A stretch of 28,971 nucleotides of DNA from a virus (lineage: Duplodnaviria; Caudoviricetes), in the IMG/VR virus record IMGVR_UViG_3300020045_010968, positions 1-28,971 of that record; one strand, written 5' to 3'. This document shows positions 1-9,017 of this stretch, in pieces; position 1 is the stretch's first letter, and each line of letters opens with the position of its first letter. The position numbers were made by a program, and so were the translations under genes. The notes beneath the pieces are model-generated. The model did not search any database. It saw only the letters and a program-made list of their open reading frames with translations, and was not told the origin of the DNA.

Positions 1-2
1 TT

Positions 3-1046
3 AAGAATCTTGGTGGCGATAACTTTGAGGAAGCGACTGATTTTTACCTCTACAAACTACTAAATGATCGCCCTAATTCGTGGATGCAGTCTCCTATATT
101 TTGGTCGATGGTTGAAGCCTTTGTTTGCATGAGAGGTAATTTCATTGCTTACAAAATTGGTCTTCCCGGAAGGCCCGTACTAGAACTCATACCTATCACA
201 GATAAAGTACAAAAAATTGTTCAAAACAAAGACTATTCATTAACCTATCACGTTAATTTTAATAATGAAGTTGTTAAGGAAGTGCCGCAAGAAGAAATTA
301 TGCATATCCGTGGATTGTTAACATTTGATGGCATATCTGGTGTGAACCCAATTGAATATGCAAGGGAAACAGTAGGTGTGGGAACATCGAGCACAAGATT
401 CTTATCAAATTACTTCGGGAAGGGAATGCATCCCGGAGCTATTATTAAACAAAAAGAATACCTTGATCCTGTAACGCACGCTAATAAATGGCAAGCGTAT
501 AAGATTAAATATGGAGGGCTAAACAATTCCCAAGAATTAATGTTGCTTGATGGTGATTCTAGTATAGAATTCCCCACAATAAAATTAGTAGACGCTCAAT
601 ACTTAGAGCTTATGAAGATGAACGAGGCTCAGATTTGCGGACTTTTCCGAGTTCCTTTGATGCTTATTCAGTCCGGAGATAAAACACCTACATACGCCTC
701 AGCAGAGCAATTTATGATAAATTACACAACCACTGGTGTTGCTCCGGATTGCAGAAATTATGAGAAAACTATCCAATCAGATTTGATGACAGCCAAAGAG
801 CAAAAGGAATATTTTGTTAAATTCAATGTGGATGCTTTGTTAAGGGGTGATTTCAAGACTCGCATGGAAGGATTCCAGATTGGAGTTAACACAGAGATCA
901 TCAATCCTAACGAGGCAAGAAGGAAGATGGAAATGCCTCCGTATAAGGGCGGAGATGAGTACAGAACACGCACTAGCACCATTAAGGAATCGGATAAAGT
1001 TAAACCGGCAGATAATAAATCTCCCGACAAGGAGGATGAAGAATGA
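3..1046 (+). CDS. HK97-family portal protein (5' end outside window)
   Basis: Frame is open from position 3 (KNLGGDNFEEATDFYLYKLLNDRPNSWM...), so ATG 84 is internal; motifs EEIMHIRG..DGISGVNPI, LLRGDFKTR, INPNEARRKMEMPPYKGGD. Confidence 0.95.
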   Translation, partial: KNLGGDNFEEATDFYLYKLLNDRPNSWMQSPIFWSMVEAFVCMRGNFIAYKIGLPGRPVLELIPITDKVQKIVQNKDYSLTYHVNFNNEVVKEVPQEEIMHIRGLLTFDGISGVNPIEYARETVGVGTSSTRFLSNYFGKGMHPGAIIKQKEYLDPVTHANKWQAYKIKYGGLNNSQELMLLDGDSSIEFPTIKLVDAQYLELMKMNEAQICGLFRVPLMLIQSGDKTPTYASAEQFMINYTTTGVAPDCRNYEKTIQSDLMTAKEQKEYFVKFNVDALLRGDFKTRMEGFQIGVNTEIINPNEARRKMEMPPYKGGDEYRTRTSTIKESDKVKPADNKSPDKEDEE

Positions 1047-1945
1047 AACTGCAATATCGTAATGAAAAAAATGCTAAATTCATAGCATCATTTTACAATA
1101 AAACTCTCGATCAGCCTGAATGGTACAAAATAAATGCTGTTTCTGAAGATGAGGCAGAGATATACATCATGTCATATGTTGGATGGCCGTATAATTCAGC
1201 AGAGGATTTCGTCAAGAACCTTGCGTCAATGACACATTCCAAAATTACCATTCGCATCAACTCTCCAGGAGGGGACGTATGGGATGCCCACGCTATTCAT
1301 AATGCAATCAAAAGACACAAGTCCAAACCAACTACTTGTGTTGAATCTCTCGCGGCTTCGGCAGCTTCATACATTGCTGTTGCCGGTCATAGAAAGGTAG
1401 CATATAAAAATGCTATGGGGATGATTCACGAACCAATGACTGGAATGTGGGGAAATCAATTTGAACTTAGGGAAACTGCCGATATTTTAGCTCAAGTTTC
1501 TGAAAGCATGGTTGATATGTACGCCGACAACACCAATGTTGGTAAGCGAGAAATCCGTGAAATGCTAAAAGCTGAAACGTGGATGTCTGCTAAAATAATG
1601 AAAGAAAAGGGGTTTATTGACGACATCATTGAGGATAAAAAGGGAACGAAGGCGGAATTTGATTTGTCTATTTTCGCCAATCTTCCTGATGAATTTAAAG
1701 ATGAAGGTAATAAGAAAATATTAACCGAACGTGAAATTGAAAAATTCCTCCGGGACGGTGGAATCTCCAATAAAAAAGCCAAAGCTATTCTCGCGGGATG
1801 CCGGAATGTTGATGGCGAAGATGATACACCACAAGAACAAATTGTAATTGTTCCACCGCAACCTGAACCTATTACCATTGATCCATCTATTATTGCGGCA
1901 CTTAAATCAAACATTAACAAATTAACACTATCGGGAGGTAAATAA
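1043..1945 (+). CDS. ClpP-like (S14) prohead maturation protease
   Basis: RINSPGGDV, LAASAAS (catalytic Ser), MIHEP (His), ETWMSA motifs; GGAGG SD and ATGA overlap with portal; position between portal and capsid. Confidence 0.95.
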   Translation: MKLQYRNEKNAKFIASFYNKTLDQPEWYKINAVSEDEAEIYIMSYVGWPYNSAEDFVKNLASMTHSKITIRINSPGGDVWDAHAIHNAIKRHKSKPTTCVESLAASAASYIAVAGHRKVAYKNAMGMIHEPMTGMWGNQFELRETADILAQVSESMVDMYADNTNVGKREIREMLKAETWMSAKIMKEKGFIDDIIEDKKGTKAEFDLSIFANLPDEFKDEGNKKILTEREIEKFLRDGGISNKKAKAILAGCRNVDGEDDTPQEQIVIVPPQPEPITIDPSIIAALKSNINKLTLSGGK

Positions 1946-1947
1946 CA

Positions 1948-3282
1948 ATGTCAGAAGAGATTAAGAAATTGATTGATGCTCAGGGGAAGGCCCTTGACGA
2001 TTTTATGGCAGATAATAACAAGCGCCTGAAGGAGATCGAAAGCAAGGGTCATGCTGATCCGTTGCTTGAATCGAAGGTGCTTAAAATTGCAGAAGATGTT
2101 GCAGCATTTGCCACAATGAAGGGGCAGCTTGAGTCCATCGAAACAGCAGTTGCAAAAATGAAAGCCCCCGAGGGCGGTAGTGGTGACGGGAAGAAAAAAT
2201 CCGTGTACTCTAACATCGGTGAGCAGTTGGTTGATGTTGTGGCTGCTGTTAATCCCGATCTTTCCGATTCTCGTAAGGCTGAGGCGATCGCACGTTTGGG
2301 TCAGGTACGTGCTGATGCAGCATCTGGTGCCAATGAATTGATTCCTTCCGAGGGTGGGTTCTTGGTTGAGACTGATAAGGGTAGCATGTTGGATAGAGGG
2401 GCGGTAGCAACGGGGCTGTTGTCTCAGCGGTGCTTTAATGTTCCGTGCTCTACCAATAGCAACAGCCTTGAACTCAATCTGATTGACGAAACCTCTCGCG
2501 CTACTGGCAGCCGTTTTGGTGGAATCCAGGTGTACATGAAGGCAGAGGCAGATACCGTTACCGCGTCCAAGCCGAAATTCCGTGAGGGCACTTGGAAGCT
2601 GAAGGATTGTATGGGAATCTTCTACGCAACGGGTGATGTTCTGAAGGATTCTTCGCAGCTTGCCGCTGTTGTCAATCGTTGGTTTCCGATGGAATTCGGT
2701 TTCAAGATTGATGACGAAATTGTAAACGGTGTTGGGGCCGGTCATCTTTCTGGTATTATCCCGGCAGCTTGTACGGTAACTCAGGCTGTTGAAACTGGTC
2801 AGAATCGTAGTACCGCCACGGATAAGATCATGTATGAGAATATCGTGCGTATGTACGCTCGCCTTCTCTCTTCAAGCGATCCCAACGCTGTGTGGTTCAT
2901 CAACCGGGCCTTGCTTCCTCACATCATGTTGATGACCATCACGGGTGGTACGGCATCGACTCCGGTGTTCTTGCCTCCGAATGGTGCCGCTGGCCAGCCT
3001 TATATGACGCTGCTCAACAAGCCCATTATCCCGATTGAACAGTGCCAGGCTCCTGGTACGGCTGGTGACATTATCCTTGCCGACTTGAACGAATACCTCC
3101 TGCTTACTAAGGGCGGGATCGACGCTCAGGCTTCTATTCATGTCCGCTTCCTGTACGATGAGCAGACCTTCAGATGGATTTATCGGTTTGATGGTGCACC
3201 TATCCGGAATAAGGTTCTTACGCCTTATAAGGGTGGTGCGACGGCGACGCAAGGCCCCTTCGTTATCCTCGCAAGTTCCTGA
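1948..3282 (+). CDS. HK97-fold major capsid protein
   Basis: N-terminal coiled-coil delta-like domain, EGGFLV motif, IVNGVGAG..SGI, GDIILADL, HVRFLYDEQTFRWIYRFDG, GPFVILA C-terminus; GGAGGT SD. Confidence 0.95.
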   Translation: MSEEIKKLIDAQGKALDDFMADNNKRLKEIESKGHADPLLESKVLKIAEDVAAFATMKGQLESIETAVAKMKAPEGGSGDGKKKSVYSNIGEQLVDVVAAVNPDLSDSRKAEAIARLGQVRADAASGANELIPSEGGFLVETDKGSMLDRGAVATGLLSQRCFNVPCSTNSNSLELNLIDETSRATGSRFGGIQVYMKAEADTVTASKPKFREGTWKLKDCMGIFYATGDVLKDSSQLAAVVNRWFPMEFGFKIDDEIVNGVGAGHLSGIIPAACTVTQAVETGQNRSTATDKIMYENIVRMYARLLSSSDPNAVWFINRALLPHIMLMTITGGTASTPVFLPPNGAAGQPYMTLLNKPIIPIEQCQAPGTAGDIILADLNEYLLLTKGGIDAQASIHVRFLYDEQTFRWIYRFDGAPIRNKVLTPYKGGATATQGPFVILASS

Positions 3283-3295
3283 TAGGATTAGGATT

Positions 3296-3997
3296 ATGAC
3301 GCTAAAGGGAAGAAAACAAACTCCTGAACACGCTGCTAAAAGGGCCGAATCTGTAAGGGCTACATATCAAAAACGCCTTGCAATAATCGGTCCTCGAACG
3401 GCATGGAATAAGGGGCGGCCCGCCACGGAAGAAGAAATAAGAAAAAACCGTGAGTGTCATATAGGTTTGTCCGTGGGAGAAAACCACCCAATGTTCGGCA
3501 AGCACCACACCGAAGAGGCCAAGGCTAAAATCGGCAAAGCGAATAGCGGTACAAAGCAATCTTCTGAACACATTCAGAAGAAAGTTGATGCCAGAGCTGG
3601 ATATCACCATGACGAGGAAACGAAAAAGCGTATCAGGGAAACAAATATTAAAACTTGGTCCCAGGAAGAAGTTCGTTTTCAAAGCATTGGAGAGAACAAT
3701 GCAACGTGGTTCGGCGGCAAGACGAAGGAAAGATATCCCGTCGGATGGAGTCCCCATTACAAGGATTCTATCCGGGAGCGGGATAATCACACTTGCCAGA
3801 TGTGTGGTATAAAAGAGGAAGATTGTGGTGTCAAGCATAACGTACACCATATTGACTACGATAAAAGCAATCTTTCTCCTGATAACCTTATTAGTTTGTG
3901 TGGAAAGTGCCATGGGATTACGAATTTCAATCGAGATCAGTGGACAATAGGATTTACAATAAAAACTCAAGGGGCAGCAATGTCCCAAACAATTTAA
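3296..3997 (+). CDS. Free-standing HNH homing endonuclease with NUMOD3 repeats
   Basis: NUMOD3-like repeats (HPMFGKHHTEEAKAKIG, GYHHDEETKKRI, KGRKQTPEH, GTKQSSEH) and C-terminal RDNHTCQMCG...HHIDYDKSN...NLISLCGKCH; ATG 3296 after AGGA preferred over 3140, which lies in the capsid gene. Confidence 0.9.
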   Translation: MTLKGRKQTPEHAAKRAESVRATYQKRLAIIGPRTAWNKGRPATEEEIRKNRECHIGLSVGENHPMFGKHHTEEAKAKIGKANSGTKQSSEHIQKKVDARAGYHHDEETKKRIRETNIKTWSQEEVRFQSIGENNATWFGGKTKERYPVGWSPHYKDSIRERDNHTCQMCGIKEEDCGVKHNVHHIDYDKSNLSPDNLISLCGKCHGITNFNRDQWTIGFTIKTQGAAMSQTI

Positions 3998-4009
3998 GGA
4001 GGATTTAAA

Positions 4010-4510
4010 ATGATTAGCGAGAAATACAAAATCATCCCGGTAGCTAAGGAGATCGATCTTTCCAGCACCGTTTATACAGATTCAATCTACGCAAAAGATT
4101 TAGTGAATAAAGTGACGTTCTGCTTTATTCTCAATACTCTTGCCGGTGCATCATCCACACTCACCGTTTGTTCTGGGACTTCAGATGCGGCTTGCACCAC
4201 GGCCATGAGATTTAATTATGCCTTCGGTGGCGCGGCACTTGGTACGGCAACGGCTGGTTCGGCCACTTCATGCGATGTTCTTGCAGCGTGGACTAGCGCA
4301 TCTACCCTTACCCTCACCTACGGTTCCTACAACAACTTCATGTTGATTGTGGAAGTGGATATTGCGGATATGAATTCTGCTTCTGATCATGATTGGTTGA
4401 CTTGTAAATTTACTACCACATCAAGTGTTACTGGTACGGTTAGTGGATTTGCGATTGCAGATTATCGTTATCCTGGACAGGGTTCGGACACGGTTTTGGC
4501 GACTGCGTAA
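4010..4510 (+). CDS. Putative capsid decoration/cement protein (166 aa)
   Basis: Strong AAGGAGG SD; first structural-looking gene after capsid; T/S/A-rich beta-strand pattern, ends YRYP motif; function inferred from position. Confidence 0.6.
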   Translation: MISEKYKIIPVAKEIDLSSTVYTDSIYAKDLVNKVTFCFILNTLAGASSTLTVCSGTSDAACTTAMRFNYAFGGAALGTATAGSATSCDVLAAWTSASTLTLTYGSYNNFMLIVEVDIADMNSASDHDWLTCKFTTTSSVTGTVSGFAIADYRYPGQGSDTVLATA

Positions 4511-4604
4511 CATAATATGGTAGGGTAGGTTTGGAATATAATCTACCCTACCCATTACAGGGGAACCGCTCCTTTAACCATTATGGTACGGATTGGAGGT
4601 TATC

Positions 4605-5867
4605 ATGCCAGTTACATCTATCTCTTCAGGGTGGTCAAGCGGAAGTTTAGTATTTTATGAGGATGCAGTAGGACAGTCGGCAACGGGGGACGTATTTACT
4701 CTTGGAACCACAGCTGTAAAAGTTGGCGGGACATCACAAGACATTGACTTTCAGTTTTATGCGACGGGTTCGAAGTCATTCATCATCGACGCCGGTGCGG
4801 GGACGCTTACTTTTGCTGGAATTACTCAGGCATTTGGAAGCAAGGCGAATGTATCCGGTAGCGGTATCCCCATCCCATCTACTGATGATTGGGGAGCGTT
4901 TAGAGTATTCACCGATGATGTGGGTGCAAATATCGCTGATAGCGTCAGGGGTATTCAGTCCAGAACTCTCCTAACTACTGCTCAATCAGCCGGGACCATC
5001 AGGTCTCTTCAAGGCCAACTGAAGGCTATCGACGGTGTGAACTTTGCAACTGGTGTCTATACGGCAGTCCAGGGTTACATTGAATTGGTTGGATCGCAGA
5101 CTGTTGCATCTACTGCTGTTCTCTCTTGCTTCGACGCCTCTATTGAGATTGGCACAGCCCTAACAGCTACTGGTTATGTTGCTGGGTTCTCTGCCGAATT
5201 GACAGGGTCGGGAACATGCGCGGCTGGATTGGATTGCGGGTTCCTTGTCAAAAACGCTTCAGGAGCGGCTGTGTGGACTTACGGCTTGTATGTTGAGGCT
5301 GCTGCGGTTGATACGGGTATTTTTATTGGTTCCTGTACCACAGGTATTCAAATTACTAATGCGACAAAAGGTATTGATGTAAGTATTGCTGCTATTGGTG
5401 CTTCAGGAAGAATAGTTAAATTTGCTGGTAGTGCAGCGGCAGGTAATTTTGGAGATGGTTATGGTGCTGTTGAATGTGAACTGACATTGACTGGGACTAT
5501 TGCAGGGCAGTGCGCTGGCTTGTCTTCGTGGGTTAATATTGGTGCTTCTGCGGTTGTTGGTTCCAACATGATTTGCGCTCAAGATAACGGAATCTACGTG
5601 CCAACGGCAGGGGCTCCAATGGCGTCCGCAATCGGTATTATGGGAATGAGAATGTCTTATGTTGCGGAAGGCGGTGAAAATCCCGGCGCTTTGCATTTAT
5701 TTAGTACCAATATCTCTGCCAATGTTCTTACCTCTCTTTTTAGGGTGAACGCAATCGTAGACATGGGTGGGTCGGCCACGGCAGCATCCGGGAATGACTA
5801 CAAGGTACCATTGTTCTACGATCAGAGTGCAGGCCAGATTTGGTACGTTAATATCTATCATTCGTAA
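4605..5867 (+). CDS. Putative virion fibre/decoration protein (420 aa, G/A/S/T-rich, beta-rich)
   Basis: GGAGG at 4595-4599 favours ATG 4605 over TTG 4593; low-charge beta-solenoid-like composition; function not assignable. Confidence 0.6.
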   Translation: MPVTSISSGWSSGSLVFYEDAVGQSATGDVFTLGTTAVKVGGTSQDIDFQFYATGSKSFIIDAGAGTLTFAGITQAFGSKANVSGSGIPIPSTDDWGAFRVFTDDVGANIADSVRGIQSRTLLTTAQSAGTIRSLQGQLKAIDGVNFATGVYTAVQGYIELVGSQTVASTAVLSCFDASIEIGTALTATGYVAGFSAELTGSGTCAAGLDCGFLVKNASGAAVWTYGLYVEAAAVDTGIFIGSCTTGIQITNATKGIDVSIAAIGASGRIVKFAGSAAAGNFGDGYGAVECELTLTGTIAGQCAGLSSWVNIGASAVVGSNMICAQDNGIYVPTAGAPMASAIGIMGMRMSYVAEGGENPGALHLFSTNISANVLTSLFRVNAIVDMGGSATAASGNDYKVPLFYDQSAGQIWYVNIYHS

Positions 5868-5886
5868 TGGTAGCAAGGAGGACGCG

Positions 5887-6024
5887 ATGGCAGAGAAAGT
5901 CATAAAAGATGTAAAGCCGGTAAAAAAGGCGGAAAAAGATGTTCTGGATAGTGAGAAGTTTGTTCACGTAGCGTCAGGGAAAAGCGTTCCAGGCTGGAAA
6001 CCTTCTTCTCCAGTTGAAAAGTAG
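5887..6024 (+). CDS. Small Lys-rich hypothetical protein (45 aa)
   Basis: AAGGAGG SD before ATG 5887; MAEKVIKDVKPVKKAEK...; followed by terminator-like hairpin. Confidence 0.7.
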   Translation: MAEKVIKDVKPVKKAEKDVLDSEKFVHVASGKSVPGWKPSSPVEK

Positions 6025-6040
6025 ATATAACAAGAATAAC

Positions 6041-6068
6041 GGAGGGGTGAAATTCCCCTCCACTTTTT
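6041..6068 (+). terminator. Probable intrinsic terminator/attenuator
   Basis: GGAGGGG-TGAAATT-CCCCTCC 7-bp stem followed by ACTTTTT. Confidence 0.6.
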
Positions 6069-6085
6069 CAAAGAAAGGATTTTTT

Positions 6086-6394
6086 ATGGAGCTATCAGTA
6101 TTTGACAGATTAATACTTCTTAACATTTTACCAAAAGAAGGTGACTTTACTACTCTTAAAATTATAAGAAAACTTCGTGAGGATTTATCGTTTTCCGAAG
6201 ATGAACATAAATGTTTGGAATTTAAACAAGATGGTGGTAATATACAGTGGAAGCAAGAGGGTGACATCCCTAAAGAAATAACTATTGGTGAAAAAGCAAC
6301 TGATATTATAACAGATGTTCTTAAAAAACTTAACACTGAAAAGAAACTCCAGGATCAACATTTCGGATTGTACGAGAAGTTCATTGGAGAATAA
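6086..6394 (+). CDS. Hypothetical phage protein (102 aa, helical; possible fibre chaperone)
   Basis: AGAAAGGA SD at 6072-6079 before ATG 6086 (MELSVFDRLILLNILPKEGDF...); longer TTG start crosses the hairpin and is unlikely. Confidence 0.75.
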   Translation: MELSVFDRLILLNILPKEGDFTTLKIIRKLREDLSFSEDEHKCLEFKQDGGNIQWKQEGDIPKEITIGEKATDIITDVLKKLNTEKKLQDQHFGLYEKFIGE

Positions 6395-6419
6395 TTAAGC
6401 CAAACATTAGGAGGACACA

Positions 6420-6965
6420 ATGTCATACACTCTCTTAGCGAATATAAGCAAGTTTATCGGTGCATCAACTGATACAAAACCTTCATCGGGGGTGCGGACA
6501 GGTTCCGAATTCTACGAAAGCGATTACCTGTGGGATTGGATATGGAATGGTTATGCTTGGGTCCCCAAAAAGATTGCATTGGACAACACCACGGTTAATT
6601 ACAAGCAAATATCTCTCAATCAAGCGGCATCTACCTATGACATAATGACAGCTACAACCCAATCCTTATTCATTGATGCAGTTATTATCAATATTCCAGA
6701 CGATCTTTCCGGTGTTACGGGGTTTACTGGCATCTCAGTACAGACAGACGATGGATCTCCGGTTGTTGTATTTTCATCCACTCTTGGGGCAAAGGCTAAT
6801 CTTACTGGTAATTATTATTACACCTATCGTGGGCCAGCAGTTACGGCAGCTACCAAGAAATTGCAACTCACCATTATAGGAGCTACGGCTGGTACTGGTA
6901 CAGAGGCTAACATTACAACAATTTGGCGTCCTCTAGTTGCGGGTGGATATTACCTAAATGCTTAA
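6420..6965 (+). CDS. Hypothetical structural protein (181 aa)
   Basis: AGGAGG SD; N-terminal FIGASTDTKP...GSEFYESD...WIWNGYAW fibre-like motif, Thr-rich beta domain. Confidence 0.7.
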   Translation: MSYTLLANISKFIGASTDTKPSSGVRTGSEFYESDYLWDWIWNGYAWVPKKIALDNTTVNYKQISLNQAASTYDIMTATTQSLFIDAVIINIPDDLSGVTGFTGISVQTDDGSPVVVFSSTLGAKANLTGNYYYTYRGPAVTAATKKLQLTIIGATAGTGTEANITTIWRPLVAGGYYLNA

Positions 6966-7100
6966 TATTAATATAGTATCTTGCATTAGGTCATTATTAG
7001 TAAAATGTGGATACCAGGTTAAATCTTCAACCGTATCTACAGCCACAGAAAATATTGATATTGGTCCAGTATTTAAACCTATCTTCAGAAAGGTTATGCA

Positions 7101-7382
7101 ATGTCACAAAAGATAAAAGACAGATCGATAACCGCTGAGAATCAATTTACCGATTCCATAGAGATGAATGGTTATTTCAATATTTCAATTTCTGGTACGT
7201 GGGATGGTACAGTAACTTGCCAGAGGTCATTCGATATAGGTGACACATGGCATGACGTAAATACTTGGACTGACAATACTCAGGAATACGGATTTGAACC
7301 AGAACGTGGGGTACAATATCGGGCGGGGATAAAGACAGGTAATTATTCATCTGGGACTTGTGTGGTGAGGTTAAGCCAGTGA
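7101..7382 (+). CDS. Hypothetical small beta-sandwich protein (93 aa)
   Basis: GAAAGG SD; ISISGTWDGTVTCQRSFD.GDTW.DV pattern typical of small phage structural beta proteins. Confidence 0.75.
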   Translation: MSQKIKDRSITAENQFTDSIEMNGYFNISISGTWDGTVTCQRSFDIGDTWHDVNTWTDNTQEYGFEPERGVQYRAGIKTGNYSSGTCVVRLSQ

Positions 7383-8914
7383 CGCATATTTTCGATGAGC
7401 AATCAAAATTGATAGATGATGATGGTCATGATATAGATCGTGATCATCCCCTTCCTATCGATCTTGATGGAATATGCCCAGACGATATTGATTTAACATA
7501 TTCAGATATTGGAAGCTTTGACGGAATAGCATCAGACTTCTTCTATAATCTTCAATCATCTAATACTGCGTCTGGATCAACAAGACCCAAAACACTTACC
7601 ATCCAATTAAAAAGGCCTATTACTACTTCTTCTGTTACAATGGGAACAAAAACAGGGGCATTCAGCAATGTAAAAGTTGAAATAGGGAATGCTTATGGTG
7701 GGATATTCGCCACGGTTGATGAGTCAGCATCTAATACTCAATACACATACCGATCTTACAATGTTGCTCCTCTTGCATTTTCAAGGGTAAAGATAAGTTT
7801 TTATACAGTGAATGAGATAAAAATAGGATTTATATATTGTCCTAAGGTTATTCACACATCGGCAATGATTAATGGTTTAGATGAAGATACGGGAATATTG
7901 ACTCCTATTTCTACTTCAGCCGGGGACTTCAATGTCCTAGCTAGATTGCGTAATGCAACAGGGAATACTAAAATTAACCCCGCGTCATCTGATAATCAAA
8001 CATTATTACTGAATGAACTTAAATTAAAAGCCGATCTTACGGAAACACAACCCGTAGAAATCAAATCTGGAACCGCCGTAACTGGTGGTGTAAAATTTGT
8101 TGATGAAAGTGGCGCTCTGTACGGTGTAAGAAACGCAGATAATAAGCCACGAGTTTCTTGCATGCCTTATACATATGATGTGGCCGAAGGGAATATACCT
8201 AATCATACTGCATTTAACAAATACGCCATAAACGATGACATCGACTCTGCAAATGAAGAGGATGTGTGGTGCGTGGGGGGATCTTATGTATGGCCTACCG
8301 TCGGTCAGCAAATGGAGGTCGTATCATCGTCAGCAGAAGATGATCCCGTAAAGGCTGATCTTAGTGCTGGTACAGGGATTCATTCAATCCGTATATATTA
8401 CCTAGACACCCTATTCGCAGAAAAAACTACAGATGTAACTTTAAACGGGACGGCTGTCGTTTTGACAACAGCAACAGACATATATCGCATTAATCGTGTT
8501 AGGCCGCTGATCGTTGGCTCTGGATTAAAGGCTGCCGGAAATATAGATATTCGTAATACTTCTGATACTCCTATTTATTCCCGCATAGCAGCAGGGTTTA
8601 CCAAAGGAAGGCAATTAATATATACCGTTCCCGCTGGGAAAACATTATATATTAATAAGTTTACCGGGAGTATTGGTGGAACTACAGCTCCTAAATACGG
8701 TAGATTCACCATAAAATCAACGTGGGATGATATTTCGTTAACTCGTAATGCGTGGATGACTGCTTACGGAGAATCTGGTCAATCGTCTGGATTCTTTGCT
8801 GTTGAATACTTATGCCCTATAAAATTTCCTGCTGGGTCTGATATTGTTGTATCGTGTAAAACTCTTGATGATAATTGTTACGTGACCGCATCTTTAAGAG
8901 GATGGCAAGAATAA
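7379..8914 (+). CDS. Two-domain hypothetical virion protein (511 aa)
   Basis: GTGA overlap at 7379-7382 with upstream GAGG; N-terminal discoidin/CBM-like beta region, linker, C-terminal domain with EDVW..GG.Y, SSSAEDD...GTG motifs. Confidence 0.7.
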   Translation: MTHIFDEQSKLIDDDGHDIDRDHPLPIDLDGICPDDIDLTYSDIGSFDGIASDFFYNLQSSNTASGSTRPKTLTIQLKRPITTSSVTMGTKTGAFSNVKVEIGNAYGGIFATVDESASNTQYTYRSYNVAPLAFSRVKISFYTVNEIKIGFIYCPKVIHTSAMINGLDEDTGILTPISTSAGDFNVLARLRNATGNTKINPASSDNQTLLLNELKLKADLTETQPVEIKSGTAVTGGVKFVDESGALYGVRNADNKPRVSCMPYTYDVAEGNIPNHTAFNKYAINDDIDSANEEDVWCVGGSYVWPTVGQQMEVVSSSAEDDPVKADLSAGTGIHSIRIYYLDTLFAEKTTDVTLNGTAVVLTTATDIYRINRVRPLIVGSGLKAAGNIDIRNTSDTPIYSRIAAGFTKGRQLIYTVPAGKTLYINKFTGSIGGTTAPKYGRFTIKSTWDDISLTRNAWMTAYGESGQSSGFFAVEYLCPIKFPAGSDIVVSCKTLDDNCYVTASLRGWQE

Positions 8915-8941
8915 TTACGATGATAAATATAATATTGATAC

Positions 8942-8983
8942 ATAGTTATAGTTATAGTTATAGTTGTAGAAGCAGTTACAGTT
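8942..8983. repeat. Hexamer tandem repeat (ATAGTT)x4 plus 3 degenerate units
   Basis: ATAGTT at 8942, 8948, 8954, 8960 then GTAGAA, GCAGTT, ACAGTT. Confidence 0.9.
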
Positions 8984-9017
8984 ACGCCAATACATATGGG
9001 AAGGAGTTGGGCGAAGG

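Noticed and set aside
1951-2745. 264-aa minus-strand ORF
   Set aside because: Antisense shadow of the major capsid gene with no recognisable motifs
3302-3988. 228-aa minus-strand ORF
   Set aside because: Antisense shadow of the HNH gene, whose motifs are clear on the + strand
3270-4009. Group I intron carrying the HNH within the capsid gene
   Set aside because: Capsid C-terminus looks complete and only ~13 nt flank the HNH ORF on each side, leaving no room for a ribozyme core
6981-7006. Sigma70 promoter TTGCAT...TAAAAT
   Set aside because: Spacer is only 14 bp
8942-8983. CRISPR array
   Set aside because: Units are 6 bp with no spacers
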